Made by a program: the position numbers and the translations under genes. Under the pieces are notes generated by a model. The model saw nothing but the letters and a program-made list of their open reading frames with translations. It searched no databases and was not told the origin of the DNA. From Eledone cirrhosa (lineage: Eukaryota): a DNA stretch of 64,000 nt. The number at the start of each line of letters is the position of its first letter. Within the stretch, counting starts at the first letter, position 1. Positions 39,801-54,395 of the stretch are shown here, piece by piece. The DNA is taken from the NCBI GenBank assembly GCA_964016885.1, contig OZ024761.1:29698001-29762000 (forward strand), in the 5' to 3' direction.

Positions 39801-41915
39801 CAACCTGTTGTTCATATTTAAACCCTGGACTGAAATCTCATTATTGCATGTCAGATAGTATTAGATGTCACTATATTTGTCTTTTGTTATTAAGTTGAAA
39901 GTTAGTTATTTTACTCAACCTCTTATAATTGTTAATTATTTTGATAATTAAAACACAGGCAGTTTTTTCTTGTTAGAAATATGGTCCCAAAATGATTCAA
40001 CTCCCACAATAAAAGAAAACAATGACATTTTTGTGAAACACCAAAGCATTTCAGAGTTCACACCAATAGAAAGTTTAGTGTCATTGTTTGTACATTCGAT
40101 CTTCCATGTTAAACAAACGCCAGAGCTTATCCTGGGTTTTATGAGTCATTGACTATTGGCATGCTTTCTATAGCTGGATGCCCTTCCTAATATCAACCCT
40201 TTTACAAAGTGAACTGGACACAATCATGGCACCAACTCTATAGAGATTGATATGCCCTTGACATGATGACTGACGAGTCCTCTCTCTCTCTAGCCTAGAT
40301 TTCTCTAACATAACTTGCTTTCAACATCAATCATCTCTACCAGTATTAAAAGAGAAAAAGTTGTTTTCAATGAAATCAATTTAATTCACTGAAATAAAGT
40401 TAATTACATTTACTACGTTTTACTTATCTCAGCTTCACAATTATGATACAAGTCTATAAATAAAACAAGATCCTACATGTAATTATTAGAATGCTACCAA
40501 AAAAAAAAAAAAAAAAAAAAAAGAGGAAAAAAAATCTGCTTGATATATTAAACCCATGCCATAATTAATTAAAGTGAAGGTTGGGAATTGGCAGAATTGT
40601 TAAAGTCAGATAGAATCCTTTGTAGAAATCATTTCAGCTCTGTTTTCTTCAAATCCCACTGAAACCAACTTTACTTTCCGTTCAGTCCAATACTTGGGGG
40701 AGGGGGAGTCAATTCTTCTTCCTCTACCTTTTCCCCTGTATTCAAACCTGGAGGGAGATGGGCTTTGCCAAGTTTAAGATACCCATGACACTATATTAAT
40801 GACAGGAATTTAGGGTTCGTATGATGCCCCCCCCCCCCCCCTTCCTATGTTTAACTTTTAAATATTTACTCCAACAACTCCTTCAAACATGATGTTAGGA
40901 AGGGCATCCAGCTGTAAAAAACCCAGTCAGACTTGTCTCATAACGTGGACGACTCGTCTAACCTATGCAAGTATGGGAAAAAATAGAAATTAAACAGTGA
41001 TGATAATAGTGATGAAGCAGAAAAACAAAATAATGTAACAAAAAGTCTATTTCAAGAAAATAAAAACAAAATGTTTTTGTTTTAATATGGTATGTAGAAT
41101 AAGGGCTCTCTAAATTCAACAAAGCTGTCAATAAAAATTCACATTCTTCAAATTCCCACATGTACTACACTTTACAAGATTAATGTATAACAGATTGTGG
41201 TATGTAAGGGAAAGTTGACTTCGCAAGATTTGAACTCAGAACATACAAGTAAATATATACCAAAATATTTTAATGAGTGCCACACCACATAGGGTATTTT
41301 AAACCTGGTGGAGCCCATCCCTTTTCGGGTCTGAACATATCAGATTACTTCCAGAGAGGGAGAGAGAGAGCAAGAGAAAGTGTTTAAAGAAAGAAAGAGG
41401 AAGAAATGAAAAGCAAAGTTGACCTCCGCAAGATTGGAATTCAGAATATAAAGAACCAGAAGAAATACCACCATGACTTTATCTGAGGCTCTACCAATTC
41501 TGCCAATCCACTGTCCAATATTGAATATCAATGATATACAATATGTAGAATGGCTGTCTGACCGAATAGGTTGAGAAGGAGAAGCTAATGTTAAATACTT
41601 TCTTTCACTGAATACATACATATAAGTGGATAGTTGTGGGTGAGAAGACTGTTCGTCCTTGACAAGGTATGTAAACGTAGAAGAAGAAAAATAATCACAC
41701 AATTCAGTTAAGCCTGTTTCACAATAGAGATTACACTGAATAATAAATCTAAAGATAACTAACTCAGACCAATTGCTTCACACTGTCAGCAACAGGGAAA
41801 ACATCATGCATGCATCTATGTATTTTATTTATAAATGCAAAACCTTGAGAATAGTTCCATTAATGTACTGCTCTCATTTACCTTATTAAATATTTGTGCA
41901 TGTATGTATATCTAT

Positions 41916-41964
<49 letters not shown>

Positions 41965-43117
41965 CACACACACACATACATATATATATAATTAAGGGTG
42001 TTTTTCTGAAGGGGACTAGAAAAAAACCCCACAATTAAATAACATTCCTGGTGATTTCATACATATGAAACAGTTCTAGACATGTAGAAGGCAGTTCAAT
42101 AATAATATATACATCAGGATTTTACTAGTTTTAAACTAGTAAGAACCATTATTGAGCAAAATACTTGATACCAGAAATGGCAAGAACTCAGACGCCAGGC
42201 ACCAACTCTCAAATATATACATATGTAATATATATATGAAATTTCACAGCTTAATGCAAAACATTTATGTTCTCCCAACAAGCTATTATATAATTTAAGT
42301 TTCCACTGTCTACAGTAAGCATTTAATTGTAAATCATCACAAACACTGAGTATAAGTAGTACAATATTAATTAACAAGAGCAGTTGGTTGGTTCCTTCTG
42401 AATGAAAGTGTGTATAGGGGGGGAAGGCTTTGCACAAGGTACATTTTGCACTGCTGTGACGCCAGCCATCGAAGTCTGGAAAAAAAAAAAATAATACTGC
42501 TATCTTACCTACACCTGTGAAAACATTTCCGTTGCATTGAAACTAAAAATAGCAGAGGCTGAGTACTTAATAATAATAATAGTAGTAAGATATCTTCTAA
42601 AAGTCAAATCGAATTTATACAATGTTGTTAGGTTAATACTTAAAAACAAAACACCTTGCGTCAATAAGGATAAAAGGACACTAGCAAACTAATGTCAACG
42701 AGGAAAGTATAATCTCTCTCTCTCTGTATGTGTGTATAAATACATATATATGTATATGTGTGAGTGTATGGTAGCTTGCCTGTCAGAAAAATTACTCTTC
42801 ATATAACGGTTGGGTTGGTCATAGCCTCAAATTAATGACAAACAGAAACTCCAATATGGGAATTGTTAATAGATCGATATCCTTTAAAGAAAATCAAAAT
42901 ACTTCGTACAATTAATTGGAATGTTAGTGTCATAAATCCATGAAAATGGGAGATGGGGGTGAATGGTCATAGACCTCTCTGGCATCCATTCATTTATGCA
43001 TATTGGAGAATTTAAAAAACAGTTACAACTGACATTTTTTTAAAAGATGTTTTTAATTTTGATGTGAAAGCTGATACCTACATACAGACTTGCTGACAAG
43101 GGAGCCTTAACACTAAC

Positions 43118-43168
<51 letters not shown>

Positions 43169-43169
<1 letters not shown>

Positions 43170-43315
43170 GAGGCACATGGCTTAGTGGTTAGAGCATTGG
43201 CCTTGCAATCGAAAGGTTGTGAGTTCAATTCTCAGACTGGGTGATGTGTTGTTTCCTTGAGCAAAACACTTTATTTCACATTGTTCCAGTTTACTCAGCT
43301 GTAAAAATGAGATGA
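43169..43315 (+). mobile_element. tRNA-derived SINE (family B)
   Basis: A-box TGGCTTAGTGG, B-box GTTCAATTC, then CCTTGAGCAAAACACT body. Not a foldable tRNA. Confidence 0.8.
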
Positions 43316-43339
43316 TAGGACTGGGGTCCCTATCATTCC

Positions 43340-43560
43340 ACTGCAAAGTGGTCGTGGAGGTGCCACAGCAAAAAAGCACCCAGCCCACACTGTAAAGTGG
43401 ACTGGAAGGCGCCATGGAAAAAAGGCACCCAGCACTCACTGTAAATGAGGTTGGTGTTAGGAAGGGCATCCAGCTGTAGAAATCAAGCCAGAATCAGTTC
43501 CCGTCCCGCCCTTGCAAGCAGGGAAAAGCGGACGTAAAAATGATGATGATGATGATGATG
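43340..43560 (+). mobile_element. SINE-like family A copy
   Basis: Same core, (GAT)n tail. Confidence 0.8.
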
Positions 43561-43751
43561 ATATACCAAATGTAGAGAACTATACAATCAAATCTCAAAG
43601 GTGATTAGCGACAGACTTATAGAGTGTATTTGCCAGCCTCGAAAACAAGCAGTTGCTCAATGTTTATATCATGCAAAATAGGAGTTAAGATAACAGTTTT
43701 GGTTAAAGCGTGGAAAAAGTGATACATTTAGGAAATAAGCAGAGCATGTAC

Positions 43752-44041
43752 ATTCAAAAGTATTTAAAGAAAATCAATCTACTTTCATTAAAAACAGTTT
43801 TTAATCATTTACAATTGTTTCGGGTAGACTGAAATGAACTCGCTTAAGTGCTGTATACAATCAACCTGAAGAAGGTATTTTGTGTTTCTTCGACTCACTT
43901 TAAGTTTGTTCATTAACGAAAACAAGTTGATTGTATACAGCACTTAAGCGAGTTCATTTCACAGTCTATCCGAAACAATTGTCAGTGATTAAAATTGTTT
44001 TTTAATGAAAGTAGATTGATTTTCTTTAAATACTTTTGAAT
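43752..44041. repeat. Inverted repeat (arms ~115 bp, 60-nt spacer)
   Basis: ATTCAAAAGTATTTAAAGAAAATC...TCAAC at 43752-43865 mirrored at 43926-44041. Confidence 0.92.
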
Positions 44042-44044
44042 TTA

Positions 44045-44468
44045 TTATCATTGGCATCCATCAGTCTTGAAAGACCATGGATCTACACCTGGAGAATTTT
44101 GTGCCAGCTGTTGATGGTGATGCAGTGTCTGTACAGGCCCACATGGATGTGGCAGTCCTGTATACAGTGAGTGCATTTGTAGATGTTCTGCTCTAGTGCT
44201 ACTGTGTTCTTTTTCCGAGCATGCTTTTCCTCGGAGGCAAGTTTCAGTTTCCCCTCCCATAGCGCAGAACTCGTCTCCATCGTGGGCCATCATGAGCGAC
44301 CTCCTCTCATCTCTGGGTGTCCAAGTCTATGGACTTCATATCCCTTCTTTGAATTGAAGATGAGGTCATCCTCGTGCTCTTGTGCCTAGTTCCCCATACA
44401 GTAAGTCTTTTGGGATCCTTTCGTCCAGCATGCGATGTACGTGATCGAGTCAGCGCAGACAACACTGA

Positions 44469-44470
<2 letters not shown>
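44045..44470 (-). mobile_element. RTE (BovB-like) LINE 3' end
   Basis: RMLDERIPKDLLYGEL and terminal CTHCIQDCHIHVGLYRH zinc-finger-like motif; short 3' UTR. Confidence 0.8.
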
Positions 44471-44517
<47 letters not shown>

Positions 44518-46678
44518 ATAACCCGATGAATCAGACAAAATATTTTCATTTTCTTGAAAAGATCTATTGCAGTTAGGTAGCTGTGGGATTTCTCCTTTCA
44601 TTGCCAATACCAGAAATATTGGGTGAGGTCATTAGTGTATTGGATCATGCATACAAGACAACCATGTTAGATGTATGTCATATTTAAAAAAGCAACCCTT
44701 TTGGTACTAAACACATCCTAGTACTACAATTAAAACTTTTTGGTTTATATTTATTTAAAACCTTCCATCTTAATATTATTTTTTAAGTATCTTTTCTATG
44801 CAAACACCAACTCTAGTGAAAACGATAGTTATAATTACTAAATCCTTCCAAATTCTTAATTATTTTCAAAATGATTTGAAAACCATAGGTAGTCCAGTTT
44901 TATTTTATTAAAATATGGTAAGTTCAGTGGATTGGTAGTCCAAGTTCAAATCCTGCCACAGTCAGCTTTGCCTTTCATCTTTATGGCTTTATGGAGTGGA
45001 TAAAAAGTACCTAACATACTGGGACCAATTTAATCAACTTCCCCTTCTCCAAAAAAATTTGTTGCATTTGTGCCTAAATCAGAAATCATTTAAAATATGG
45101 TAACAAAAGGACTAAATATGCATATTTGAAGCATTAACATTTTTTGTTGTTTTAAAAAAATATGACAGTCTATTCTGGTTTCTGTTTGTATTGTGTTTAC
45201 GACTGCAATATGAAAGGTCGAGAGATAATGTAGTCCCAAATACACCATGTCTGACTAAAAACTGGAGAAAAGATTAAGTAGAATGTTTGGCTTGACACAT
45301 AACAGACACAATAAGGCCAGAAATTTGGTGGGGGTGGAGAAGAGGGGGGAAAGTCGATTTGACTGACACTTTATTTTTATTGACCCCGAAAGGATGAAAG
45401 GCAAAGATGACCTTGAAGGGATTTGAAACTAGAATGCACAAGAGGACTATAATAAAATATATTTCATCCATCATAATAACCATTTCTGCTACTCCACTGC
45501 CTTAGAGCTGACACATAACAACAATAGTAAAAAGACCACAGGACCTAATATGTTGGTGCTAAGAACTATTAAAATTAGAGAATGATGCATAATGGTAATG
45601 TCATGAATTGGTCGTAGAAGTCCACCATACCCTAGAGTATATATATATATATATATACCTATTTACATAAACTATAATATATATATATATAATTTGTGTG
45701 TATAGGTATGGCTTGTGTGTGTGTATCGTTTTTACTACGCCCACATCTCTACGATAGTATGGGTTAGACGGAATGGTTTACAGACTCCTACAACACGCAA
45801 GGATAGTGTGTACCTATTCTAAAAACAGGGACACACAAGACATGTCAGGGCATAGAAAAGTTTAGAATGAAAAGGATTTCAGTCAGTGTAGCTACAACAC
45901 TTGACATAATAGACATACTGGGTTTGCTAACCCAGTCAACCCATAAAAACATGAATATTTGAATACGATGATTACAAAGAATAATGTTTAATTATAAATG
46001 TTACAGCAATACTAAATAGGTAGAGAACATTTACTCTAGTACATCTAGCCGATTGTTTTAATTCAAAATACCCAGGTTTGTTGAAAACAAAGTACACAAC
46101 TCGTATGATAAGACATTGACAGATTTATCTTGCTAAAACTGTTTAGTTTAAAGTGTTTATATTATCTAAAAACCTTCCATTAGAATTCTATGTGAAAAAC
46201 CTTTATGTTCCAAACACCATTTTAAGAGGCAGTTATATTAAATTCCTCCAAATTTTAGATTATATCTTAAATGATTTGAAAATAAATAGGCAATGTCTTT
46301 CATTGGAAATATGGTAACGGAAGGGCTGCATATCTTCCTAAAACAAATGTTATGGGTTTCTTTATTAGCCATACAGTACTGACATGTAAATATTAAACAA
46401 TAATATATATTACATTGTGTCAATGTGGAAGGGAGGAGGTTGTGTGTAAAATGTGAACATAAAATGTAAAATTTAAAACAAAGAAAATTTCCCAATAGAG
46501 TTAGGACGTCTGAGAGTCACTCATGGAGAAAGCCCACACCACAAAAACCCTTGCTACCTTGACAGTGAGGGGAATGCCCCATCCATCAAACAAGTGATTA
46601 ACCAAATTCTAAACAATTTAGCAGCAGAGTAAAAATGTAGGTTAAATGAATTCCAGTGAAGTTGGCTTCAACCAGTCA

Positions 46679-47045
46679 ATATATGGACACATGAGCAGCA
46701 ATTTGGGAGGGGAGAATCGATTATATCGATCCCAGTACTGTATTTTATCGACCCAGGAAGGATGACAGACAAAACTAACCTAGGTAGGATTTTGAACTCG
46801 AAACTAAATATCGCAAAGCATTTTGTCCGACGCTCTACCAACACTCCCAATAATAAAGGTTCCTGATTTAGGCACAAAGCCAACAATTTTTGGGGGAGAG
46901 GGGAAAGGGGTCTCAGTGCATTACTGGTACCCCATTTTACACCCCCCCCCCCCCGGATGAAACGTGAAGCCAAGGGGCCAAAACTATATGCCACAAAGCA
47001 CGTTGTCCTACGCTCTACCGACATTGCCAATAATAATAATCACTT
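46679..47045 (-). mobile_element. Two tandem family C SINEs
   Basis: Two successive reverse copies of the CGACGCTCTACC head and central domain. Confidence 0.72.
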
Positions 47046-50000
47046 CCATCCGTCAAACAAGTGATTAATCAAATTATTAACAGACAACTTAGCAGCAGAG
47101 TAAATATATAGGTTAAATGAATTCGGGTGAATGTGGCTTCAACCAGTCAGTACAACAACAATAATAATAATTCATTCTATAAACGACCTTCACAGATATA
47201 TGGCTGGCTGGTCTAGTCTAGTCTGAAGGAAGAAGAAGAAATAAATAGAGAATCAATCAATAAGTAACGCTGATTGAACTGGAGGAGGGGAGAGAGTTGA
47301 TGAACAACGAACTACTGGGAATTATGAGTGGTTTTCTTTCATTCAGTCTATATTTTATCATTTTTGTCATCTTAATTTAGTCAGCTTGGTTGACATCCGA
47401 ATGGCTGAATTGAGGTCAACCCTCATTGTATGTAATAATGCATTTGGGAATATTCCCACATGAGCTTTAATTATTTGCAATTAATTCTCAAAGTACATCA
47501 ATTTGAAGATCACCTATGTAGCTAGCACTTTAGATTTTTTTTCTCCACTACTGTGTGTATGAGTTCTACTTTTCTTCCATCCATCATTCGAGCTTTCTAT
47601 TCTAAATACTCACACACATAAATGTTGGCCTTGGAAAAGGATATCCCCTCTTCCAGAGCAATTTTAAAATGCCAACCGCAATGGCGCTAAGTAGTGGAAA
47701 ACAAGCAAAGCGTGCAGATAAATGTGTATGTGTGTGTATATATATATACGTGTATATAATACAGGTATTTAAATCACACAGGTACCATGATATGCAAAAA
47801 GGAATGCCATAATTATTGGAGTAAGATAAAGGTAGAATTATGTTTATATAAATATAGAGATATAGTTTCAATTTCCCCGATCATTGCAGAGTCGATTCCA
47901 AGAAATAATTGAATATTTTTTTCAAAATGGCCCAGAAAAAACAAACAATTCTTGCATAGAAAGAGTCTTATTAAATTATCGCATTCCATCACAGTGTATA
48001 TGTTTGTGTGCCTGTATGTATATAAACAGGTATATGATGATATATATGCACCCAAGGTTATATATGTGCGTCTATGTGTATATGATATAGAATTTATAAA
48101 TGTTGTGAATCTATATATATATATTTTTTTTTATCTATTTATTCACATTTAGCAGAAGTAAACAGGGAGTGTATGTGTGTACACACACACACACACATAT
48201 ATATATATATGATACAGTGATCAGAGTGAAACAAAATGCCGAACTGGTTGATTATCAAGATTCTACAAATAGCAAATATCGGGTAAAAATAGCAGATTTA
48301 TTGAGCCAAGCTAGCTGGTTGGTGTAATAAGGTAGGTAGGTAGGTATCACATACACAGATCATCATCGTCAGTATTTGTAGTAACAAGTACTCCAGTTCT
48401 ACCATATAGCAGACATTTACAAACGACCCGATGAGGGGTGGAGGCGAAATCGGTTACTAGATCACACATCAAATAATTGTCAAATAATGATGTTTTAATA
48501 ACTTAGGGCGGCTCAGACTAGGGTATTTGTTGAAATTTATCACCACAAAAACTACATTCTATGTATGTATGTATGTATGTATATATTTATTTAATTATGT
48601 CTCATATAAAATAATACAACCAATTATCCACGGAATACTATATAGTTAGCACCCCAAACACATAATTGGGATTATACTCAGGTATATCCTGTTTGTTGAG
48701 TGAGATGGAGTTGGTCAGAGTATCGCTTAAAGCTTTCTCTGTTAATGTATTAAATATATATATATATACACACACGCACACACATGTGTGTAATTATAGT
48801 TGTACATTGCTGTTTTAATTGCACTTCGGCAACATGAGTTGAATTACCTGGGATAGTCCGTGTATGTGTGTGCGTATATTTATATATATATACATACATA
48901 CACATGCAATAAAAAAGGGGAAAACATTTATGCATAGTTTAGTTTCCCTATTTATGTTATTTAATAATAATAAATAAAAGGAACAGTATCTTTCTTTCCA
49001 CCCTTAAAAACCTTGCAACAATATAAATGAGTAAGGAATGTCGTCACTTATTACTCATCGAGATGCCATTTGAGAGGAAAAAATGTTCCATTTTCCTCAA
49101 ACACATCAGTCATCTAAACAAGATGGAGAGAAGAATGACAGAAGAAATAATAATGATCATAAAATGTAGCATACTATCTTGATTTTTTTTTTTTTTTGTA
49201 GTTTCTTTCGATCTTCTTTTTAAATATCTATTTGATTTAATTAATCTATGAAGGTTAAGTATAAATGAAAGGAGTGAAAATAGTAAAAACTGCAACAGAG
49301 AAAAGTAAGGACGAAGATGGGGGTTCGCGCGCTTGACAAACCAAGAGTCAAAATGTCTATTTAGCTCTTATGGGGGAAGAATGAATACTTATAGACATTC
49401 AGGCTTCTTCATTGCTAAATGCGGGGACGATTTTTATCGTGTCTACTACATATATATTCACTAGCATTATTTATTTATTATATATACACAGATCGGATCG
49501 TACTTTATATATCTAACCCGATATAATTTAAATGTGTAAATGATACACATTTTCAACTGTTAAAAGGCAAAACATATATATATTATATATCTTCCTATAT
49601 ATATATAGGGAGAATATATACATATAATCTATATATCAACGAGCAAAACAATCGTATAATAAAATATACATCTGATCGTACTTTATATAAAACCTTATAT
49701 ATTTTAAATGTACCAAAAAATGAATTTGAGAAGTGAAACAATTTACTGCGATTTATTCCCAATATGAATCCTACACCTCTCCCACACATCAAACAATTCA
49801 TCAATGATGTTTAATAATATATATATATATAACCTTTTATTTAAAGGAAAACAAAACGAAATATGTATGACTAAAAGTAATTCATTTTGAAGCAATATAA
49901 CAAGTAAAATGTAGATTGAAGGTTTGAAAGAGGAACCGAGACCTAGATAAAAAGTAAAAGGTTCTTAAAATAATTTATTTTATGAGAGAAATAAACGAAA

Positions 50001-50973
50001 GTAAATACAGCGGTAGAGATTTATTGTTAATTGGTAGGAGGTTGAATAATTATAGTAAAATGATCTTTAAAATGATGGAAATACGAGAAAGATGAGCGTC
50101 AGTTTGTGTTGGATTATGGCGAGAATGAAAGATGGAGAAGATGGAATAGATCTACCTATATAAATATATTTATATATTAGATGAAATGAAATATTGGGAG
50201 GGAGTCGATTATTTTTATAGATGGAATAAAATGTATTTATATTAGAGGGGAGGAAGAAATGTTAGGAGGGAATCGATTAATTTTCTTATATCTCTACATT
50301 CACCTTATAAATACCGAAAACTATCGGCGCCACAATAGAATCAGATCTGGAAAAATATATTAGACAGAACTACTGAAAAATTATTTATTATATTATATAT
50401 TTATTATATATATAAGTATATGGCGGGTGAAATAATAAAAGGCAGTGATACGAGGGGGGTAAATAGGTAAAATGTTGAAATGAACAAAAGAGCGAGGTAG
50501 TGTACGACAACGATCAGGACCAAGATTTGCCATTTAAATGAAATATATATATATATGGTAACATCGAATAAATAAGATATTTTAATGATATATTTTTTTG
50601 GTGTATTTGATATAAAATGACAGTCGTAGAGGAGCTAGGAGATAACTTTTTTTGGAGCGGGGTGATGTCGAAACGATGGATGCAGAAATAAATTCAACTA
50701 CGATATGGAAACCAAAGAATAAAAAACGTAATGCAAGGGAAAAAAATGTCTAGATGTCCATATACTTCGTGTTACTACTTTAATAATTAATAAACAGATA
50801 TTTTTTTACACAAATAATTCATGCAACACACAAATAAATAAACGATTTTTTCTTCGTCCCAAACAATTTTCTGCCTTTTTGCTTTTTTTTAAGTTTTCAT
50901 CAAATCGCAAGGAATGGAGGGGGGTAAAACAATAGTTGCTGTGAAGACAATATTACATAGCAATGGACTTTAC

Positions 50974-51025
50974 CTTCTAGTAATCTTGCTATAATACTGT
51001 CAATGTTCAGCTTTTCATCGGCCAT
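50974..51025 (-). CDS. PPP1CA: PP1 coding exon 1 (MADEKLNIDSIIARLLE + G)
   Basis: ATG at 51025; 52 nt; donor G|GTAAAG; typical PP1 N-terminus. Not in the ORF track. Confidence 0.95.
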
Positions 51026-51795
51026 TCCACTAAGGATCTTTCTTTCGAAAAAAGGTAATAAATTGTTAGCCAAAGGTTGCTCCGCTCAGATGATCAACGA
51101 TTATTAATGTCAACTAGTTGCTAACAGAGAGATATAACCCTATAACAAAAATGGCGTAAGAGTACCGGTTGCAGCACGCGTATGAATACACGATATTCAC
51201 TCACATTGACCTCACCATGATTGGTTAATCGGTCGCTTTACACTCCTTCGTGGCGTCGGGAACTTTTGAAATGTTCTTTATACGCCAATAAGTATTACCT
51301 CCTCTCGTTATAGTTTTAATTCATTTAGAAAAGAACAACAGCAACAAAAATTCCCCCACCCTCCGCTATTTTTTACAAACAAACGAAACATTTAAATTCT
51401 CTTTTATTGAAACCAATTAATTAATCTTAGGGGTTAATCAATTATTAAACTCCTATCACCGATTAAAAACCAGCTAAAAATCAGTAACATATATTAGTTA
51501 GTATGAACTACTTTTTAAATATTTAAAATAGTCGTGTCAAGTCGAACAGTTACGAAGATCGGAGGCGGCGGAAAGAGAATTAAATATCAATCCTTTTTTT
51601 TTTATATATATTTCTAAATATTTATTTATTTCGGTGATAATAAAAAATTCTAAATTGATTTTAATTGTAAATTAAATGAAAGATTATGGTGAAACTGATT
51701 ATATTTATATTTTGTTTTTAAAAAAAAGGTCGCACTCAGCAAGCAGACAGCCTCTGTCGTCTGTTGTCATTACAACTAAAAACAACTAACGGTTG

Positions 51796-51800
<5 letters not shown>
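51026..51800. promoter_or_regulatory. PP1 5' UTR/promoter, possibly bidirectional
   Basis: Repeat-poor and visibly CpG-enriched. YY1-like AAAATGGCG 51148-51156; oppositely oriented CCAAT boxes at 51220-51224 (-) and 51285-51289 (+); X-box-like GTTGTCATTACAAC 51763-51776. TSS not determinable. Confidence 0.6.
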
Positions 51801-51858
<58 letters not shown>

Positions 51859-51869
51859 TATACATACAT

Positions 51870-51919
<50 letters not shown>

Positions 51920-52913
51920 ACATGTCTTGTTAAACTTATTGCTCTCCACAATATGTTTAAAAAACACACCTTAATTAACAATAATGGGTTTAAAAAGAAA
52001 AGGTGAGCCAATTCAAGTATATTATATTTTATTATATATTATATTTTATTATATTATATATTATATTTTATATATTATATTATATGCTTCTAATTTGAAG
52101 TTTCATTGGACAAGAAACTTTCAATTACAGGTATATTTGTGTGTGTGTGTGTGTGTATATATATATAGTTTGTGTGTGTGAATGTGTGTGTATATATATA
52201 TATAGTGTTTGTGAATGTATATATATATATATCATCATCATCATCATTGATTAACGTCCATCTTCCACGCTAGCATGGGTTAGATAGGTTTGTCCCATTT
52301 AGAGGCGGCAAGTTGGGTCGGATGACCATGTCTCGCTCATATATATATATATTATATATATTATATATAGGACTGTGACGAGTGGCGAGATGCTGTGCGG
52401 AAGAGGGCCGTTCCACCCTTGTAAGCAGGGAAAAGCGGATGTAAAATGATGATGATGATCAGGATGGATTCAGTTTGAAACTGGTAAGATCATTACTCAA
52501 CAGTGGACTCAATACTTGGTGTAGTAGAGTATGTTTGTATTATAAAGAGTCGCGACCCCAACAGCTTCTTCAGGCTATATATATATATATAGTGTGTGTG
52601 TAAAAATATATGTTTATATATATGTTTATATGATGATGATGATGATGATGATATAAATATGTGGATGTGAATATATATACATATAAGTATGTATATATGG
52701 GCAGTTTACCACCACCACCACCATCACCATATTAAATCTACATGTCCATGCTTGCATGGGTTGGAGATGTCTTTTCCAGCATAGCCTCCCTCCAGTTATT
52801 GCTTTCCTTCATCATCCCTTGGTCTTCTTCTACTGCAGCTTCCTCTATATATGTATATAATACATATATATATATATATATGAATATGTGCATATATATA
52901 TATATATATATAT

Positions 52914-53066
52914 ATAGGAAAATGTTAGACCCCGACGGCAGAGCTCAAGCCGTTTTGACGGCTATTTCTGGACTCTAACATTTTCCTATTACCCACTCTA
53001 CTACCCTAAGTATTGAGTACTCTGGTGCGTTATGGTCCATCTGGTTCCTTACCACATCTCCTTCGT
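52914..53066 (-). mobile_element. Short derivative of the same head + hairpin family
   Basis: 16-bp perfect IR ATAGGAAAATGTTAGA/TCTAACATTTTCCTAT around a 44-nt core shared with the 62285 element; (TA)n flanks. Confidence 0.7.
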
Positions 53067-53294
53067 TATATGTATATATATATGTGCACATATATATATA
53101 TATATATATATGCACATATATATATATATGCACATATATATATATATATATATGCATATATATATATATATATATATGCACATATATATATGTATATATG
53201 CATATATATATATATATGCATATATATGCTTATATATGCATATATATATGTATATATGCATATATATATGTATATATATATGCATATATATATG

Positions 53295-53327
<33 letters not shown>

Positions 53328-53328
53328 G

Positions 53329-53411
<83 letters not shown>

Positions 53412-53488
53412 GTATATATGTATATATATATATATATGTATATATATACATATATATATGTATATATATACATATATATATACATACA
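53067..53488. repeat. Compound (TA)n microsatellite with TG/GC interruptions
   Basis: ~420 bp of alternating purine-pyrimidine; source of six spurious YI-rich ORFs. Confidence 0.95.
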
Positions 53489-53873
53489 TTTCTTGGACAT
53501 TTTAATCCTAGTGGAGCCCATCCTTCTCCATTTATATATATATATTGTAAATAGCTAGTGCTTGACAACGTTTTGATATATATATAGCAAATGTAGATAT
53601 ATCATCATCATCATCGTTTTTATGTCTGCTTTTCCATACTTGCATGGGTTGGACAGGTCCTTCGCAGTACACCATCTCTCCACTCGCCATCTTCCTCCGT
53701 TATCTCCTCATATATATGCAGGATATCCATAGATAAAAATGCTCAATCTAGTACAAGAGGGCTTGTAACACGTCTGCGCGACCTTAAGTTTCAGGATTTA
53801 GTTACAGCTACCTCTGTAGTGAGGAGTAGCTGTTCTCAAACTGGCTCATCTCTTTATGAAATGCGAGCATTAA

Positions 53874-54084
53874 CCCTTTAGCAGCATTTAAAGTGGCTGT
53901 ATCCGGCCAGAATACTTTCACCTCTTTCTGTTAAACCGGGTATAACCAGTCACTCATACTGATGTTAAAGTATTGTTCTCAAAATAAATATCAAAATCTC
54001 ATAGATTTGATAGATATTATGTGAGATAAAGTGTTTACCATGAAAATACAATAGTATATATAGAGTAATGTAAATGCTAATGGG
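53874..54084. mobile_element. piggyBac-like MITE
   Basis: TTAA|CCCTTTAGC...GCTAATGGG|TTAA. Confidence 0.82.
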
Positions 54085-54309
54085 TTAATCATAAAGTAAT
54101 GTTTTTTTTTTTCTTAAAATTTGTCCCTGTGCCTGACAACAGAGGCCAGTTTTAGAACAGCTCCTCCACTATACAGTGATAGCCATAACTGGACCTCAAA
54201 ACCTAAGGTTGCACCTATACGTTAAGTGTATAATCATTAATGTATGCTATATATATATATAGCGAATTATTTAACACCTAAAGTTGTATTTGCATTATAT
54301 GTATATATA

Positions 54310-54395
54310 CAGGGTGTCCCCAAAAAATATATAAACACATTTCTACACTATTCTAATAAAAGTATGTATACATTGAAGGGGGAGGGGGCACCCTA
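54310..54395. mobile_element. ~80-bp mariner-type micro-MITE
   Basis: TA|CAGGGTGTCCC...GGGCACCCTA|TA. Confidence 0.65.

Noticed and set aside
43169-43241. tRNA gene
   Set aside because: A/B boxes present but no cloverleaf; continues into the SINE body seen in other copies.
48425-48456. Hammerhead-like CCGATGA...GCGAAATCGGT
   Set aside because: Core U replaced by C and no stem II pairing.
52460-52500. ATG and CTG|GTAAGA as first exon of the plus-strand gene
   Set aside because: In-frame stop or wrong phase, and the sequence belongs to the repeat family also at 35927.
53013-53568. Six overlapping 110-180 aa YI-rich ORFs
   Set aside because: Translations of a (TA)n microsatellite.
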